IMG/VR virus record: IMGVR_UViG_3300006484_000009
Reading direction: 5' to 3' (one strand)
DNA: 64,000 bases
From: an uncultured virus (IMG/VR IMGVR_UViG_3300006484_000009)
Taxonomy: Duplodnaviria; Heunggongvirae; Uroviricota; Caudoviricetes
Below, piece after piece: positions 9,426 to 19,926 of the stretch; the stretch's first letter is position 1; each line of letters starts with the position of its first letter. A program made the position numbers and the translations under genes. The notes under the pieces were generated by a model. It was not told the origin of the DNA and searched no databases. It saw only the letters and a list, made by a program, of their open reading frames with translations.

Positions 9426-9983
9426 ATGTCTTTGACTAAAGAAAGAATCCTTAAAAACGCAAAGAAATTTAATGAAACTGGTATTAAACACGGTTTTATT
9501 AATGATGAATTAATGAACCTATTAGGTCCAGAATTTATCGGAGCACCAGCTTGTAGCACAACTAACTTATACAACGCATTTGAAGGTGGATTAATACTTC
9601 ACATTTTAAATACCACTAAATACGCTGTGTCTATTAATGAAATGTTATCAGCTGAAAAGCAAGTACCAGCAGCATCACTAATTAAAGTTTGCTTTTTGCA
9701 CCAAATTGGTAAAGCAAAAATGTTTGTAGAACAAAAATCACAATGGCACCGAGATAATAAAGGTGAAATGTTTATCTTTAATGATGAATTATTAAGTATG
9801 ACAGTTAGTGAACGTTCAGTTTATTACGCAATGTCATCTGGTATTACATTGACTGAAGATGAAGTATTCGCTATGTACAATTATAATGATGATTTTTCAG
9901 GTAGACCCATGACAACTATTGGTGAGAAATTAGCTGCAATTGTTAGAATTGCAAATCAACTATCAGTTATTGAGGAAAAATAA
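9426..9983 (+). CDS. HD-domain-like hydrolase (HD changed to HQ)
   Basis: APA...AFEGGLILH...LHQIGK pattern of phage HD proteins. Confidence 0.6.
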   Translation: MSLTKERILKNAKKFNETGIKHGFINDELMNLLGPEFIGAPACSTTNLYNAFEGGLILHILNTTKYAVSINEMLSAEKQVPAASLIKVCFLHQIGKAKMFVEQKSQWHRDNKGEMFIFNDELLSMTVSERSVYYAMSSGITLTEDEVFAMYNYNDDFSGRPMTTIGEKLAAIVRIANQLSVIEEK

Positions 9984-9984
9984 T

Positions 9985-10557
9985 ATGGACAATAGAGTAA
10001 ACGAATTATCAGACAAGTTATTTAAAGCTATTGACCCAAATAACCCATACTCCTATGATGAATTCATTCACGAATATGGTAATGGGTATCAAGAATCAAA
10101 TGACTCACCAACTTTTCTAATAAATTTAAATTTTGTTAATAACTCTGAAAATGCAGACCCAGAATATGCAACCGAAGGTTCATCTGGGTTTGATTTAAGA
10201 GCATCAGCTTCTGTAAAAATTTTACCTGGTTGTTATGAAACAGTACCAACTGGTTTATTTTTTGAAATACCACCTAATTTTGAAATTCAAGTCAGACCAA
10301 GAAGTGGTTTAGCTGCAAAGAATGGTGTAACAGTTTTAAATACACCAGGAACTATTGATTCAGATTATAGAGGTGAAATCAAAGTGATATTAATTAATCA
10401 TGGTAAAAAAGTATTCCAAATAGAAATGGGTGATAGAATTGCACAAGGTGTAATCGCACAAACATCAACATCATATATCAAGTTAAACAAAGTTTCAAAA
10501 ATATCTGACGATACAGAAAGAAGTTCAGGTGGTTTTGGTAGTACAGGTATTAAATAA
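9985..10557 (+). CDS. dut: dUTPase (trimeric)
   Basis: [33 protein letters not shown] motifs; start placed at ATG 9985. Confidence 0.95.
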   Translation: MDNRVNELSDKLFKAIDPNNPYSYDEFIHEYGNGYQESNDSPTFLINLNFVNNSENADPEYATEGSSGFDLRASASVKILPGCYETVPTGLFFEIPPNFEIQVRPRSGLAAKNGVTVLNTPGTIDSDYRGEIKVILINHGKKVFQIEMGDRIAQGVIAQTSTSYIKLNKVSKISDDTERSSGGFGSTGIK

Positions 10558-10572
10558 AAAAATAAAATAATT

Positions 10573-11634
10573 ATGAGTCAATTTATTGGGGATAAAGACA
10601 TTAAAGTAGATTTTAATGATATATTAATTACACCAGCAATTATAACTGATATTAGTAGTAGAAGTGAAATAAACCCATTCCATTCGAATGGGCTTTTACC
10701 ACTATTTACAGCACCAATGGATACTGTAGTTGATGAAAGTAATGCCGACTTGTTTATGAGTCACAAACTAAATATTTGCTTACCTAGAGGTGAAAATCGA
10801 ACACAACATAGTATGTTCCAAGCATACTCACTTAAACAATTTACAGAAAAGTTTATACTTGATGATTTAGCTGACGTTCTTATTGAACCAATTTATGTTT
10901 TAATAGATACAGCAAATGGTCATATTCTCGAATTAGTTGAAACGACTAGAATAGCAAAAGAGAGATACGGAAATATGATGATACTAATGGTTGGTAATAT
11001 TGCAAATCCAGATACATACAAAGTATTATCTAATGCTGGTGCTGACTATATTCGAGTTGGTATTGGAAATGGAAACGGGTGCTTAACCACACAACAGTTA
11101 GGTATCGGATACCCAATGGCTTCATTAGTTAGAGAATGTTATTATGCTTCATTATCACTAGAAAAACCAGCTAAAATTGTTGCAGATGGTGGTATGAAAG
11201 ATTATTCAGACATTATCAAAGCATTGGCTTTAGGTGCTAACTATGTAATGCTTGGTAGTATCTTAAACAAGTGTGCTGAGTCATGCGGACAAAGCTTTTT
11301 GAAGGATAATGGTCGCCCAGTACCCATTAGTAATTTAGAAGCGGTAAATCACTTTAAAAGAGGTGATTTAGGTGAAGCTACCATTATTAAAGAATTTCGT
11401 GGTATGTCAACCAAAGAAGTACAAAGAAAATGGGGTAATGAAACATTAAAAACATCTGAAGGTGTTGTTAGACATAGACCAGTTGAATACACTCTTGAAC
11501 AATGGGTTGATAATTTCGAATCTTATTTACGTTCAGCAATGAGTTATGTTGGCGCAAGAACACTTGAGGAGTTTGTAGCAAATTCAGAATTTATAAATAT
11601 AACAAATAATTCATATAATCGATTTAAAAAATGA
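10573..11634 (+). CDS. IMP dehydrogenase/GMP reductase family protein
   Basis: TAPMDTV, IDTANGH, RVGIGNGNGCLT, VADGG, FRGMS, LRSAMSYVGA. Confidence 0.9.
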   Translation: MSQFIGDKDIKVDFNDILITPAIITDISSRSEINPFHSNGLLPLFTAPMDTVVDESNADLFMSHKLNICLPRGENRTQHSMFQAYSLKQFTEKFILDDLADVLIEPIYVLIDTANGHILELVETTRIAKERYGNMMILMVGNIANPDTYKVLSNAGADYIRVGIGNGNGCLTTQQLGIGYPMASLVRECYYASLSLEKPAKIVADGGMKDYSDIIKALALGANYVMLGSILNKCAESCGQSFLKDNGRPVPISNLEAVNHFKRGDLGEATIIKEFRGMSTKEVQRKWGNETLKTSEGVVRHRPVEYTLEQWVDNFESYLRSAMSYVGARTLEEFVANSEFINITNNSYNRFKK

Positions 11635-12746
11635 TAAGTATAGTATATTGTACCAGAGAAGGTAATAAAAAACACTACGAACACCTAACAAAAGTTGCTG
11701 GTAACCCAAAAGTTGAGGTAATTGAGTATATAAATAATGGTGAAAGTTTAACTAAGTTTTATAATAAAGCTTTAAAAGAAACTAAAAATGATATAGTCGT
11801 GTTTGTACATGATGATGTTATTATTGAGACTAAACAATTGGTCAATAAAATTAATAGAATATTTGACAAAAATCCTGAGTATGGTATTGTTGGTATTGCT
11901 GGTACGAAATATTTATCAGAATCTGGCAGATGGTGGGATAACCCAAAAAATATGTATGGTAGAGTAGCACATACTCACGAAGGTAAAACTTGGTTGTCAG
12001 AATATAGTGCAGACCAAGACAGAAGACTAGAGGAAACAATTATTGTTGACGGAGTATTTTTTGCGGTTCATAAAGGTAGAATTAAAAAACAATTTGATGA
12101 ATCAGTTGAAGGTTTCCATTTCTACGATGTTGATTTTTGTTTTCAGAATCATTTAGAAGGTATTAAGATTGGTGTTACAACTGAGATTAGAGTGAATCAT
12201 ATGTCTATCGGAATGACAAATGAAAAATGGGAAGCTAATAGGGTTATATTTTCTGAAAAATATAAAGATAATTTACCAGTTAGAATTGATGAAACTTTTG
12301 AAAATAGAAAAATGAAAATCATGATTACATCAACTAATGAGGGTGATGACTTAATCAATAAAGCTAAATTAATTAAATCATTAATTGATTTAAATTGTGA
12401 TGTAACATTAGTTGCCAATCTAGAACCAAAAGATTTTATTATTGCAAAACAAAGTGGTGCTAAATTAGCCTCATTATCTGAACCACCTGGATTCAGGTCT
12501 GGTGATGGTCAGTTCTCAATAAATACTGAGAATGGTCCAATGTTATCTGAGGTTGGTAAAATGTATAAATTGGGTATGGTACCATACGATATAATATATG
12601 TTGATAATGAACAAATCTTTAAAGCATATGGTAAAATGTATGACGAATGTAAAATTGTTGACATAGAATCTAAAGAATATTATTTGTGTGATAAAACACC
12701 AGAAGGGTATAAAGAATTTTTTGTTAAAATGTTTAATCATGAATAA
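11631..12746 (+). CDS. GT-A glycosyltransferase (family 2-like)
   Basis: VFVHDDV, VDGVFFA, FDE...FHFYDVDFC. Confidence 0.85.
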   Translation: MISIVYCTREGNKKHYEHLTKVAGNPKVEVIEYINNGESLTKFYNKALKETKNDIVVFVHDDVIIETKQLVNKINRIFDKNPEYGIVGIAGTKYLSESGRWWDNPKNMYGRVAHTHEGKTWLSEYSADQDRRLEETIIVDGVFFAVHKGRIKKQFDESVEGFHFYDVDFCFQNHLEGIKIGVTTEIRVNHMSIGMTNEKWEANRVIFSEKYKDNLPVRIDETFENRKMKIMITSTNEGDDLINKAKLIKSLIDLNCDVTLVANLEPKDFIIAKQSGAKLASLSEPPGFRSGDGQFSINTENGPMLSEVGKMYKLGMVPYDIIYVDNEQIFKAYGKMYDECKIVDIESKEYYLCDKTPEGYKEFFVKMFNHE

Positions 12747-13380
12747 CCCATTAATTAATATTTTAACTAGAACATCTAATAGACCTAATGCTTTTTATTT
12801 AAATAAAAGCACAGTTAGAAGTCAGAGTTATAAAAATATAAGACATATAGTTTCAGTAGATGATGAGTTTACTGAAGCTTATGTTAAAACCTATTCGGAT
12901 GTAGATTATATTACTATCAATAAAAATAGTATAATTAACGATGATAATTCAATCAACCCTAATACTGGAAAATACTCACCACATAATCTATATTTTAACC
13001 CATTAATGCGTGAGGTAAAAGAGGGTTGGATTATGATTCTTGATGATGATGATAGATTTTCAAACGGAAACTCATTAGAAACTATTGTAAACTCAATTAA
13101 AGATGAGGATACTATGGTAATCTGGCAGATGAGATTTCCAAATGGTATGGCACTACCACCAACAAATTTAATTAATGAACCACCAAAATTAGGAACAATC
13201 GGTTCTCCATGCATATTATTTCACTCAAAGTATCTTGGTGATACTAAATGGGATGGGTGGAAATGTGGTGATTTTAGGTTTATTAATTCCATTTATAATA
13301 AAGTACCGAATAAAGTAACTATTCCAGAAATGTTAGTTACTATCGGTCAAATCGGTGACGGAAATAGAAGTGATTTATGA
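12739..13380 (+). CDS. Glycosyltransferase family 2
   Basis: INILTRTSNRP...QSY...WIMILDDDD; start at ATG 12739. Confidence 0.85.
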   Translation: MNNPLINILTRTSNRPNAFYLNKSTVRSQSYKNIRHIVSVDDEFTEAYVKTYSDVDYITINKNSIINDDNSINPNTGKYSPHNLYFNPLMREVKEGWIMILDDDDRFSNGNSLETIVNSIKDEDTMVIWQMRFPNGMALPPTNLINEPPKLGTIGSPCILFHSKYLGDTKWDGWKCGDFRFINSIYNKVPNKVTIPEMLVTIGQIGDGNRSDL

Positions 13381-14111
13381 TATCAGTTATTTTAAATGTT
13401 TATAAAAGACCATATAGTCTTGAAGAACAGATTAGGTCCATATTAAATCAATCAATAAAAATTGAACCAGAAAATATACATGTTTGGTATAATACACCAG
13501 AAGATAAAACTATAATTCAAAATTTACCAAGTGATTTAAAAATAAAAACATACCAATGTAACCATAATACTAAATTTTTTGGTAGATTTACATTACCATT
13601 ATTATGTAAAACAAAATACGTTGCAATGTTTGATGATGACATAATCTGCGGTAAAGATTGGTTCAAAAACTGTTTAGAAACTATAGAAAAAGAAGATGCT
13701 ATTTTAGGTGGTAGTGGTGTACTTTTACACGGTAATCAATATCAACCGAATAGTAAAGTTGGTTGGAATGGTGTAAAAAGTTCTGAATCAATAGAAGTAG
13801 ATTTAGTAGGGCACGCCTGGTTCTTTAAACAAGAATATGCAAAATTTATGTGGTTGGAACAACCACCATCATGGGATAATGGTGAAGATATGTTTTTCTC
13901 ATATGTTGCACAAAAGTACAATATAAAAACTATTGTACCACCACATCCAGAAAATAATCAAGAACTATGGTCAAATGTACCAGGTCGTGATAGAAATATG
14001 GGAAATGATGCGGCAGCTTCTTGGATACATAATAAAGACCACATGACACTTAGAAATAGTATTGCAACTACATTAATAAATAAAGGTTGGAAAATTGTAA
14101 AAATTAAGTAA
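13377..14111 (+). CDS. Glycosyltransferase family 2 (paralog A)
   Basis: ISVILNVYKRP, MFDDD, GEDM. Confidence 0.85.
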   Translation: MISVILNVYKRPYSLEEQIRSILNQSIKIEPENIHVWYNTPEDKTIIQNLPSDLKIKTYQCNHNTKFFGRFTLPLLCKTKYVAMFDDDIICGKDWFKNCLETIEKEDAILGGSGVLLHGNQYQPNSKVGWNGVKSSESIEVDLVGHAWFFKQEYAKFMWLEQPPSWDNGEDMFFSYVAQKYNIKTIVPPHPENNQELWSNVPGRDRNMGNDAAASWIHNKDHMTLRNSIATTLINKGWKIVKIK

Positions 14112-14148
14112 TAGTGTTAGATATTTATATAAAAAATTAAAACTTATT

Positions 14149-14895
14149 ATGAACACCAAAATTAAATTATGTTTATTTACAGTAACATATAAACGGCCAG
14201 AATTAACTGAATATGTTTTAAACTACTATAAAAACATAAAAGTTGAAATAGAAGACCTATGCGATTTAAAAATGATTTGTATTGGTTCTGATGGTGAGAT
14301 TGGTAAAACAATAGCAGAAAAACATGGGTTTGAATATATTGAATATAAAAATAACCCAGTATCTCAAAAACACAATTTTGGTGCTCAATCATGTAAAAAA
14401 TATAACCCAGATGGTGTAATATATGTTGGTTCAGATGACATAATGAGCATTGAATTTTTTAAACATTATATAGGTTTAATAAAAAATGGTTTTGATTTTT
14501 GTGGTGTAACTGATATCTATTTTTTAACAAAAGACAGGTTGGGTTACTGGAATGGATACCCAAAAAATAGTACCCGTTTTGGTGAACCAATAGGCCCTGG
14601 AAAATTATATAGTAAATCATTAATGGAAAAATTAAATTGGAGACCATGGGGTGATGAAAATTGGGATAGAAAGTTAGATACATTAGTTACAAAAAATTTA
14701 TCAAAATTAACATATAAAGGTTCAACCGTAACATGTGAAAAATTAAAGGGTTATTTTATTGACATCAAAACAAATATAAATATCAGTGATATTAATGATT
14801 TTATTTATGATAAAGAATTTGGTATTGATTATATTAATCAATTAAATATTGATTATTATAAAATAAAAGATATATTAATAACAAAAAAGAAGTAA
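14149..14895 (+). CDS. Glycosyltransferase family 2-like
   Basis: TVTYKRPE, VGSDD; preceded by ATATTTAT at 14121. Confidence 0.75.
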   Translation: MNTKIKLCLFTVTYKRPELTEYVLNYYKNIKVEIEDLCDLKMICIGSDGEIGKTIAEKHGFEYIEYKNNPVSQKHNFGAQSCKKYNPDGVIYVGSDDIMSIEFFKHYIGLIKNGFDFCGVTDIYFLTKDRLGYWNGYPKNSTRFGEPIGPGKLYSKSLMEKLNWRPWGDENWDRKLDTLVTKNLSKLTYKGSTVTCEKLKGYFIDIKTNINISDINDFIYDKEFGIDYINQLNIDYYKIKDILITKKK

Positions 14896-14896
14896 T

Positions 14897-15637
14897 ATGG
14901 GTGAAGTTTCAGTAATATTAAATGTATATAAAAGACCTTATAGTTTAGAAAAACAAATTGAGGCGATAAAAAAACAAACAGTAAAAGTAGATAGTTTAGA
15001 TATCCACATATGGTTTAATAACCCAGAAGACGCTAAAGTCATACAAAAACTACCAATAGATAAAAATATTAAAACTTATGTGTGTAATTATAATACTAAA
15101 TTTTTCGGTAGATTTACATTACCATTATTATGTAAAACAAAATATGTTGCAATGTTTGATGATGATATTATACCAGGTGAAAAATGGTTAGAGAATTGTA
15201 TTAATTCAATTCGAATTCAAGATGGTATATATGGTGGTAGTGGAATATTATTACATAGTGATGCTTATCTACCTCACACAAAGATTGGGTGGAACCAAGT
15301 AAATAATGATAAAATAACTGAAGTAGATTTAGTGGGACATGCCTGGTTCTTTAAACAAGAATATGCAAAATTTATGTGGTTGGAACAACCACCATCATGG
15401 GATAATGGTGAAGATATGTTTTTCTCATATGTTGCAAAAAAAAATAATATAAAAACATTCGTCCCACCACACCCAAAAAACAATGTGAGCTTGTGGAGTA
15501 ATAATCCAAAATTAGATAATAATATGGGTAGAGATGCAAATGCACATTCATTAGCCAACCCTAACCATGTACAACAAAGGAATAATATAGTTAAAGCATT
15601 AATAAATAGAGGATGGAAACGAGTAGAATCAAAATAG
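14897..15637 (+). CDS. Glycosyltransferase family 2 (paralog B of 13377-14111)
   Basis: High identity to paralog A, including identical DNA tracts. Confidence 0.85.
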   Translation: MGEVSVILNVYKRPYSLEKQIEAIKKQTVKVDSLDIHIWFNNPEDAKVIQKLPIDKNIKTYVCNYNTKFFGRFTLPLLCKTKYVAMFDDDIIPGEKWLENCINSIRIQDGIYGGSGILLHSDAYLPHTKIGWNQVNNDKITEVDLVGHAWFFKQEYAKFMWLEQPPSWDNGEDMFFSYVAKKNNIKTFVPPHPKNNVSLWSNNPKLDNNMGRDANAHSLANPNHVQQRNNIVKALINRGWKRVESK

Positions 15638-16359
15638 AAGATTTAAAAATCATGATACCAACTTGTGATAATTATATACATTTACTAGAAGGGTTGATGT
15701 ATACTACCAGAAAATTTTGGTTATTAAAAAATCAATTTATAATTCTTGGGTATAAAGAACCTAAATTTAAATTAGATGATAATTGGTCCTTTGTTAGTCT
15801 AGGTGTTGATAAAGGACCTTCAGAATGGTCAAACGATTTATTAACGTTTTTTAATGACTTTAAAGATGAGTATTTCATTAATATGATTGATGATACGTTA
15901 ATGACCAGGTTAAGTGATATAAAAAAAATTGAACTTGTTTTTAACTATATGCAATCTAACAAATTAGTTAAAAAAGTTTTTTTACATGGTTCATTAACAT
16001 CTGGCAATAAAAGCTTATACGGACCTATAGTATTAACACCAGTACTAAATTTAAATTCAGAATTTTACGATGTGAATCAAGTATCAAATTATAGGAGTAG
16101 TTTACAATCTGCAATTTGGTATAAAGATTATTTTTTAAAACTATTAAAACCAAATATGACACCATGGAGTTTCGAATTACAACATGCTAAAAATGACGGT
16201 GCTAGGATTTTAACAACTAAAGAAAATCACCCAACAATGTATTCACATTTATATAGAAAGGGAAATCAATTAATTGGACAGTGGTATAAATCTGTTTTCG
16301 AGGAAAGTCAATTAAGTGATAATGATATAACAATATTAAAAGAAATGTTAAAATTATAA
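15613..16359 (+). CDS. Putative GT-A glycosyltransferase
   Basis: TCDNY, WSNDL, MIDD, SLQSAIW...TPWSFE pattern. Confidence 0.55.
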   Translation: METSRIKIEDLKIMIPTCDNYIHLLEGLMYTTRKFWLLKNQFIILGYKEPKFKLDDNWSFVSLGVDKGPSEWSNDLLTFFNDFKDEYFINMIDDTLMTRLSDIKKIELVFNYMQSNKLVKKVFLHGSLTSGNKSLYGPIVLTPVLNLNSEFYDVNQVSNYRSSLQSAIWYKDYFLKLLKPNMTPWSFELQHAKNDGARILTTKENHPTMYSHLYRKGNQLIGQWYKSVFEESQLSDNDITILKEMLKL

Positions 16360-16361
16360 TT

Positions 16362-16778
16362 ATGGAATTTATATATTCTAAAATAGAACCTGAAAAATTA
16401 TTACATATAATTAATAGGTTTGATGAAATATCTGGTAGACAAGAGGTAGTCCCAGAAAATAATTTCATACAATGTGCAACTCTAAAAATGGAAAAGGGTA
16501 AGACATTTAAACCACATAAACATATTGAGAAATCTAGGACTTATGATAAACAAATTGCACAAGAAAGTTGGGTGATTATTAAAGGTTCTGTTAAATGTAA
16601 GTTTTACGATATTGATGACCAGTTAATTGCTGAACCAATATTATATCCTGGTGATGCTAGTTACACATTGTACGGTGGTCACACATATGAAATATTAGAA
16701 GAAGATACTGTAGTTTATGAATATAAAACTGGACCATATGAAGGTCAAGCGTTAGATAAAACATTTTTACATGATTGA
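16362..16778 (+). CDS. Cupin-fold protein (WbuC-like, sugar pathway associated)
   Basis: PHKH...QE...GGHTY...EYKTGPY. Confidence 0.7.
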   Translation: MEFIYSKIEPEKLLHIINRFDEISGRQEVVPENNFIQCATLKMEKGKTFKPHKHIEKSRTYDKQIAQESWVIIKGSVKCKFYDIDDQLIAEPILYPGDASYTLYGGHTYEILEEDTVVYEYKTGPYEGQALDKTFLHD

Positions 16779-17280
16779 TGTCTTTATACATAAAGATGTT
16801 GAATTTAAAATAGAACCACTATTTGGGAATCATATTGCCATCGATAAAGGTGTTTATATAACAGTTCAAGCTAAAATAGGTGATTACACACATATAAGCC
16901 CATACGTCACAATAATTGGTGGTAAAGAAGGGTATTTCGAATGCCATGGCTTTAATAACATAATGTCTGGAGCTAGGATAATTTGTGGTTCCGATAGGTT
17001 TGATGATAGTGGGTTATTCGGGGCACTAATACCTAAAGAATATAAAGGTAAACAAATAATAGAACCTATAATTATGGAAGAATTCTCAAATATTGGTTCT
17101 AACGCAATAGTACTACCAGGGTCAAGGCTCAGGAAGGGGGTATTACTAAGTGCTGGTAGTTTATTAATTGGTGACACCGAAGAATGGGGGGTTTATAAGG
17201 GTAACCCAGCTGTTTTAGTTAAAAAAATAGATGGTAATAAAATAATGACTTTATCTAAAAAATTAAAAAATGAATATTAG
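16771..17280 (+). CDS. Hexapeptide-repeat sugar acetyltransferase
   Basis: IGDYTHISPYVTIIGG...IGSNAIVLPG...YKGNPA. Confidence 0.85.
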   Translation: MIDVFIHKDVEFKIEPLFGNHIAIDKGVYITVQAKIGDYTHISPYVTIIGGKEGYFECHGFNNIMSGARIICGSDRFDDSGLFGALIPKEYKGKQIIEPIIMEEFSNIGSNAIVLPGSRLRKGVLLSAGSLLIGDTEEWGVYKGNPAVLVKKIDGNKIMTLSKKLKNEY

Positions 17281-18151
17281 TGAATTTAGAAAAAATATAA
17301 TTAATAAGGGTAGATGTACAAAACACGGTATAAGTGGTAATGTTAATATAAAAGTACATGGTTTTGGTGTTGGTGGTTGTTTTACTATTTTGTTTAACTG
17401 GTTAGCTTTATTTGGTGACGATGTTGATAATATATATGTCGAAGTGTCTGATGAATGGAAACAAACACTTGGAGTTAATAAAAATATTTTTGATTTAATC
17501 TTAGACCAAAAAAAATTACATAATGCAAATGAAATAACGATATTTGGTCATCATTTAATTAATTTTAATGATGAAATATTAAACGATATAAGAAGTATAA
17601 TAAATAAAAAAATAAAAATAAAACCAGAAATATTAAAAAAATTAGACGATTATTTATTATCTAATGATATTAAGGATATAAATTCCTTATGTGGTGTACA
17701 TGTTAGGTTAACAGACATGGCAGAATATCATAAAGGTGTTTATGGTAATATAAACTTCAGTACATATCTTAATGAAATGGAAAAATTAAATAATAATGTT
17801 AAATTTTTTATAGCATCTGATAATGCTGAAAGTATTGGTAAATTAAAAAATAAATTTAAAAATAGAATACATTATATAGAAGGTATAGGTAGAGTCAATA
17901 AAGAAACTGAACATGGTGAAGTTGTCGTGTTAACCAATAATAAAAAAAAGTTCGAATTAGGTATAACTAGACTTAATAATGATGAAAAAATAATAAATGA
18001 TTTTATCGATTTATTAGCATTATCTAAATGTAATAAAATTATAGGTATGAAATATAGTATATATAAAATAGCTGCCCTATTATTATCAAATACAATAACA
18101 CAAAATAATAATATAGAATTACCATTAAACTTTAAATTAAAAAATGAATAA
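17270..18151 (+). CDS. Fucosyltransferase-like (NodZ/GT11/GT23 type) glycosyltransferase
   Basis: GVHVRLTD, FFIASD, DLLALSKC motifs. Confidence 0.7.
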   Translation: MNISEFRKNIINKGRCTKHGISGNVNIKVHGFGVGGCFTILFNWLALFGDDVDNIYVEVSDEWKQTLGVNKNIFDLILDQKKLHNANEITIFGHHLINFNDEILNDIRSIINKKIKIKPEILKKLDDYLLSNDIKDINSLCGVHVRLTDMAEYHKGVYGNINFSTYLNEMEKLNNNVKFFIASDNAESIGKLKNKFKNRIHYIEGIGRVNKETEHGEVVVLTNNKKKFELGITRLNNDEKIINDFIDLLALSKCNKIIGMKYSIYKIAALLLSNTITQNNNIELPLNFKLKNE

Positions 18152-18902
18152 TAAATATAAATACAATAGTTGGCCTTTAGGTAAGGTACCTAAAGAATTA
18201 CAAAGACCAGAACTTGATGAATTAAAAAATATTGGATACGAATTCTCAGACCCAAGAGATGTAGTTGATATATTTGAAGAAAAAGTTGCAAAATTTGCTG
18301 GAAGTAAATATGCAGTATCAGTTGATTGCTGTTCACATGGTTTATTCTTATCATTAAAATATTTAGAATCAATTGGGGAAACAATTCAAAATATTGATTC
18401 ACTAAAATATAAATTTGGTGAAATAACAATACCAAGCAGAACATATGTTTCAGCACCAATGCAAATAAATCAAGCTGGATATACTGTTAAATTTGAAGAT
18501 GTGGAATGGAGTGGGTTATATCAATTGCAACCAACTAGGATTTGGGATGGTGCAGTTAGATGGACTAAAGATATGTATGTTGGTGATAACGCATTACAAA
18601 TAGTGTCATTCCAGATTAAAAAACGAATACCTATAGGTAAGGGTGGTATAATTTTAACAGATGATGAAAAAGCATACGAATGGTTGAAATTAGCTAGATA
18701 TGACGGTAGAGATATGTCTGTACCATATACTGATGATAAACATATTTTGATGATGGGTTATCATATGTATATGACACCAGAAGATGCTGCTAGAGGTATT
18801 ATACTAATAGATGCTGTAAATAAGTATACTGAAGAACATGAAGATTCTGGTGGTTATTTAAATTATACAAATATATCTGAATTAAAAGTTTTTAATAAAT
18901 AA
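18144..18902 (+). CDS. DegT/DnrJ/EryC1/StrS sugar aminotransferase (short form)
   Basis: FEEKVAKFAG.KYAV, WDGA, SFQIKK...GKGG. Confidence 0.85.
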   Translation: MNNKYKYNSWPLGKVPKELQRPELDELKNIGYEFSDPRDVVDIFEEKVAKFAGSKYAVSVDCCSHGLFLSLKYLESIGETIQNIDSLKYKFGEITIPSRTYVSAPMQINQAGYTVKFEDVEWSGLYQLQPTRIWDGAVRWTKDMYVGDNALQIVSFQIKKRIPIGKGGIILTDDEKAYEWLKLARYDGRDMSVPYTDDKHILMMGYHMYMTPEDAARGIILIDAVNKYTEEHEDSGGYLNYTNISELKVFNK

Positions 18903-18949
18903 TTAACCTTTACTTTTAATTAATAATTTTTAAATTAAATGAAAAAAAT

Positions 18950-19924
18950 ATGAATAAAAAAGCATTTATAACGGGTATTGCTGGACAAGATGGTAGTTAC
19001 CTTGCTGAATATCTATTGTCATTAGGTTATGAAATACATGGTATAATTAGAAGGAATTCATTTGTTGAAGGTCAACAAGCTAGATTAACCGAAATTAATA
19101 CTAAAATAAATTTACATTATGGTGATTTACTAGACCAATCATCACTTGAAAGATTATTATATGATATACAACCAGATGAGATTTATAATTTAGGGGCCCA
19201 AAGTCATGTTAGAATTAGTTTTGATATTCCACAATTTACTGTTCAAACAAATGCATTAGGTGTATTAAATATACTTGAGGCTTATAAACGAGCATGCCCT
19301 AACGCTAGATTTTACCAAGCTAGTTCGAGTGAAATGTTTGGTAATAGTGTTGATTTAGACGGATTCCAAAGAGAAACAACACCAATGCACCCTGTTAGCC
19401 CATATGGTTGCTCAAAATTATTTGGGTATTCGATTGTTAGAAATTATAGAAATGCATATAAATTACATGCTACTAATGGTATATTATTTAATCATGAATC
19501 ACCCAGAAGAGGTTCTAATTTTGTGACAAATAAAGTTGTAAAAACAGCAGTTGAAATTAAATTAGGGTTAAACGATAAATTAGTTTTGGGTAATATGGAT
19601 AGTTATCGAGACTGGGGTCACTCAAAAGATTATGTTAGAGCTATGCATTTAATTAATAACCATCACACACCAGATGATTTTGTTGTGTCAACAATGGAAA
19701 CGCATTCAGTTAGAGAAATGGTTGAATACGTATTTAAAAAAATAGATATGGATTATGAACAATATGTTAGCCAAGACTCTAAATTTATAAGACCAGAAGA
19801 GTTAAAATATTTAAAAGGTGACTCAACAAAAATTAGAACAATGCTTGGTTGGGAACCAGAATATACATTTGAAACATTAATGGATGATATGATTGATGGT
19901 TGGTTTACTTTATTAAAAAAATAA
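18950..19924 (+). CDS. gmd: GDP-mannose 4,6-dehydratase
   Basis: ITGIAGQDGSYL, AQSHV, QASSSE, SPYGCSK, NHESPRRG, RDWG. Confidence 0.95.
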   Translation: MNKKAFITGIAGQDGSYLAEYLLSLGYEIHGIIRRNSFVEGQQARLTEINTKINLHYGDLLDQSSLERLLYDIQPDEIYNLGAQSHVRISFDIPQFTVQTNALGVLNILEAYKRACPNARFYQASSSEMFGNSVDLDGFQRETTPMHPVSPYGCSKLFGYSIVRNYRNAYKLHATNGILFNHESPRRGSNFVTNKVVKTAVEIKLGLNDKLVLGNMDSYRDWGHSKDYVRAMHLINNHHTPDDFVVSTMETHSVREMVEYVFKKIDMDYEQYVSQDSKFIRPEELKYLKGDSTKIRTMLGWEPEYTFETLMDDMIDGWFTLLKK

Positions 19925-19926
19925 TT

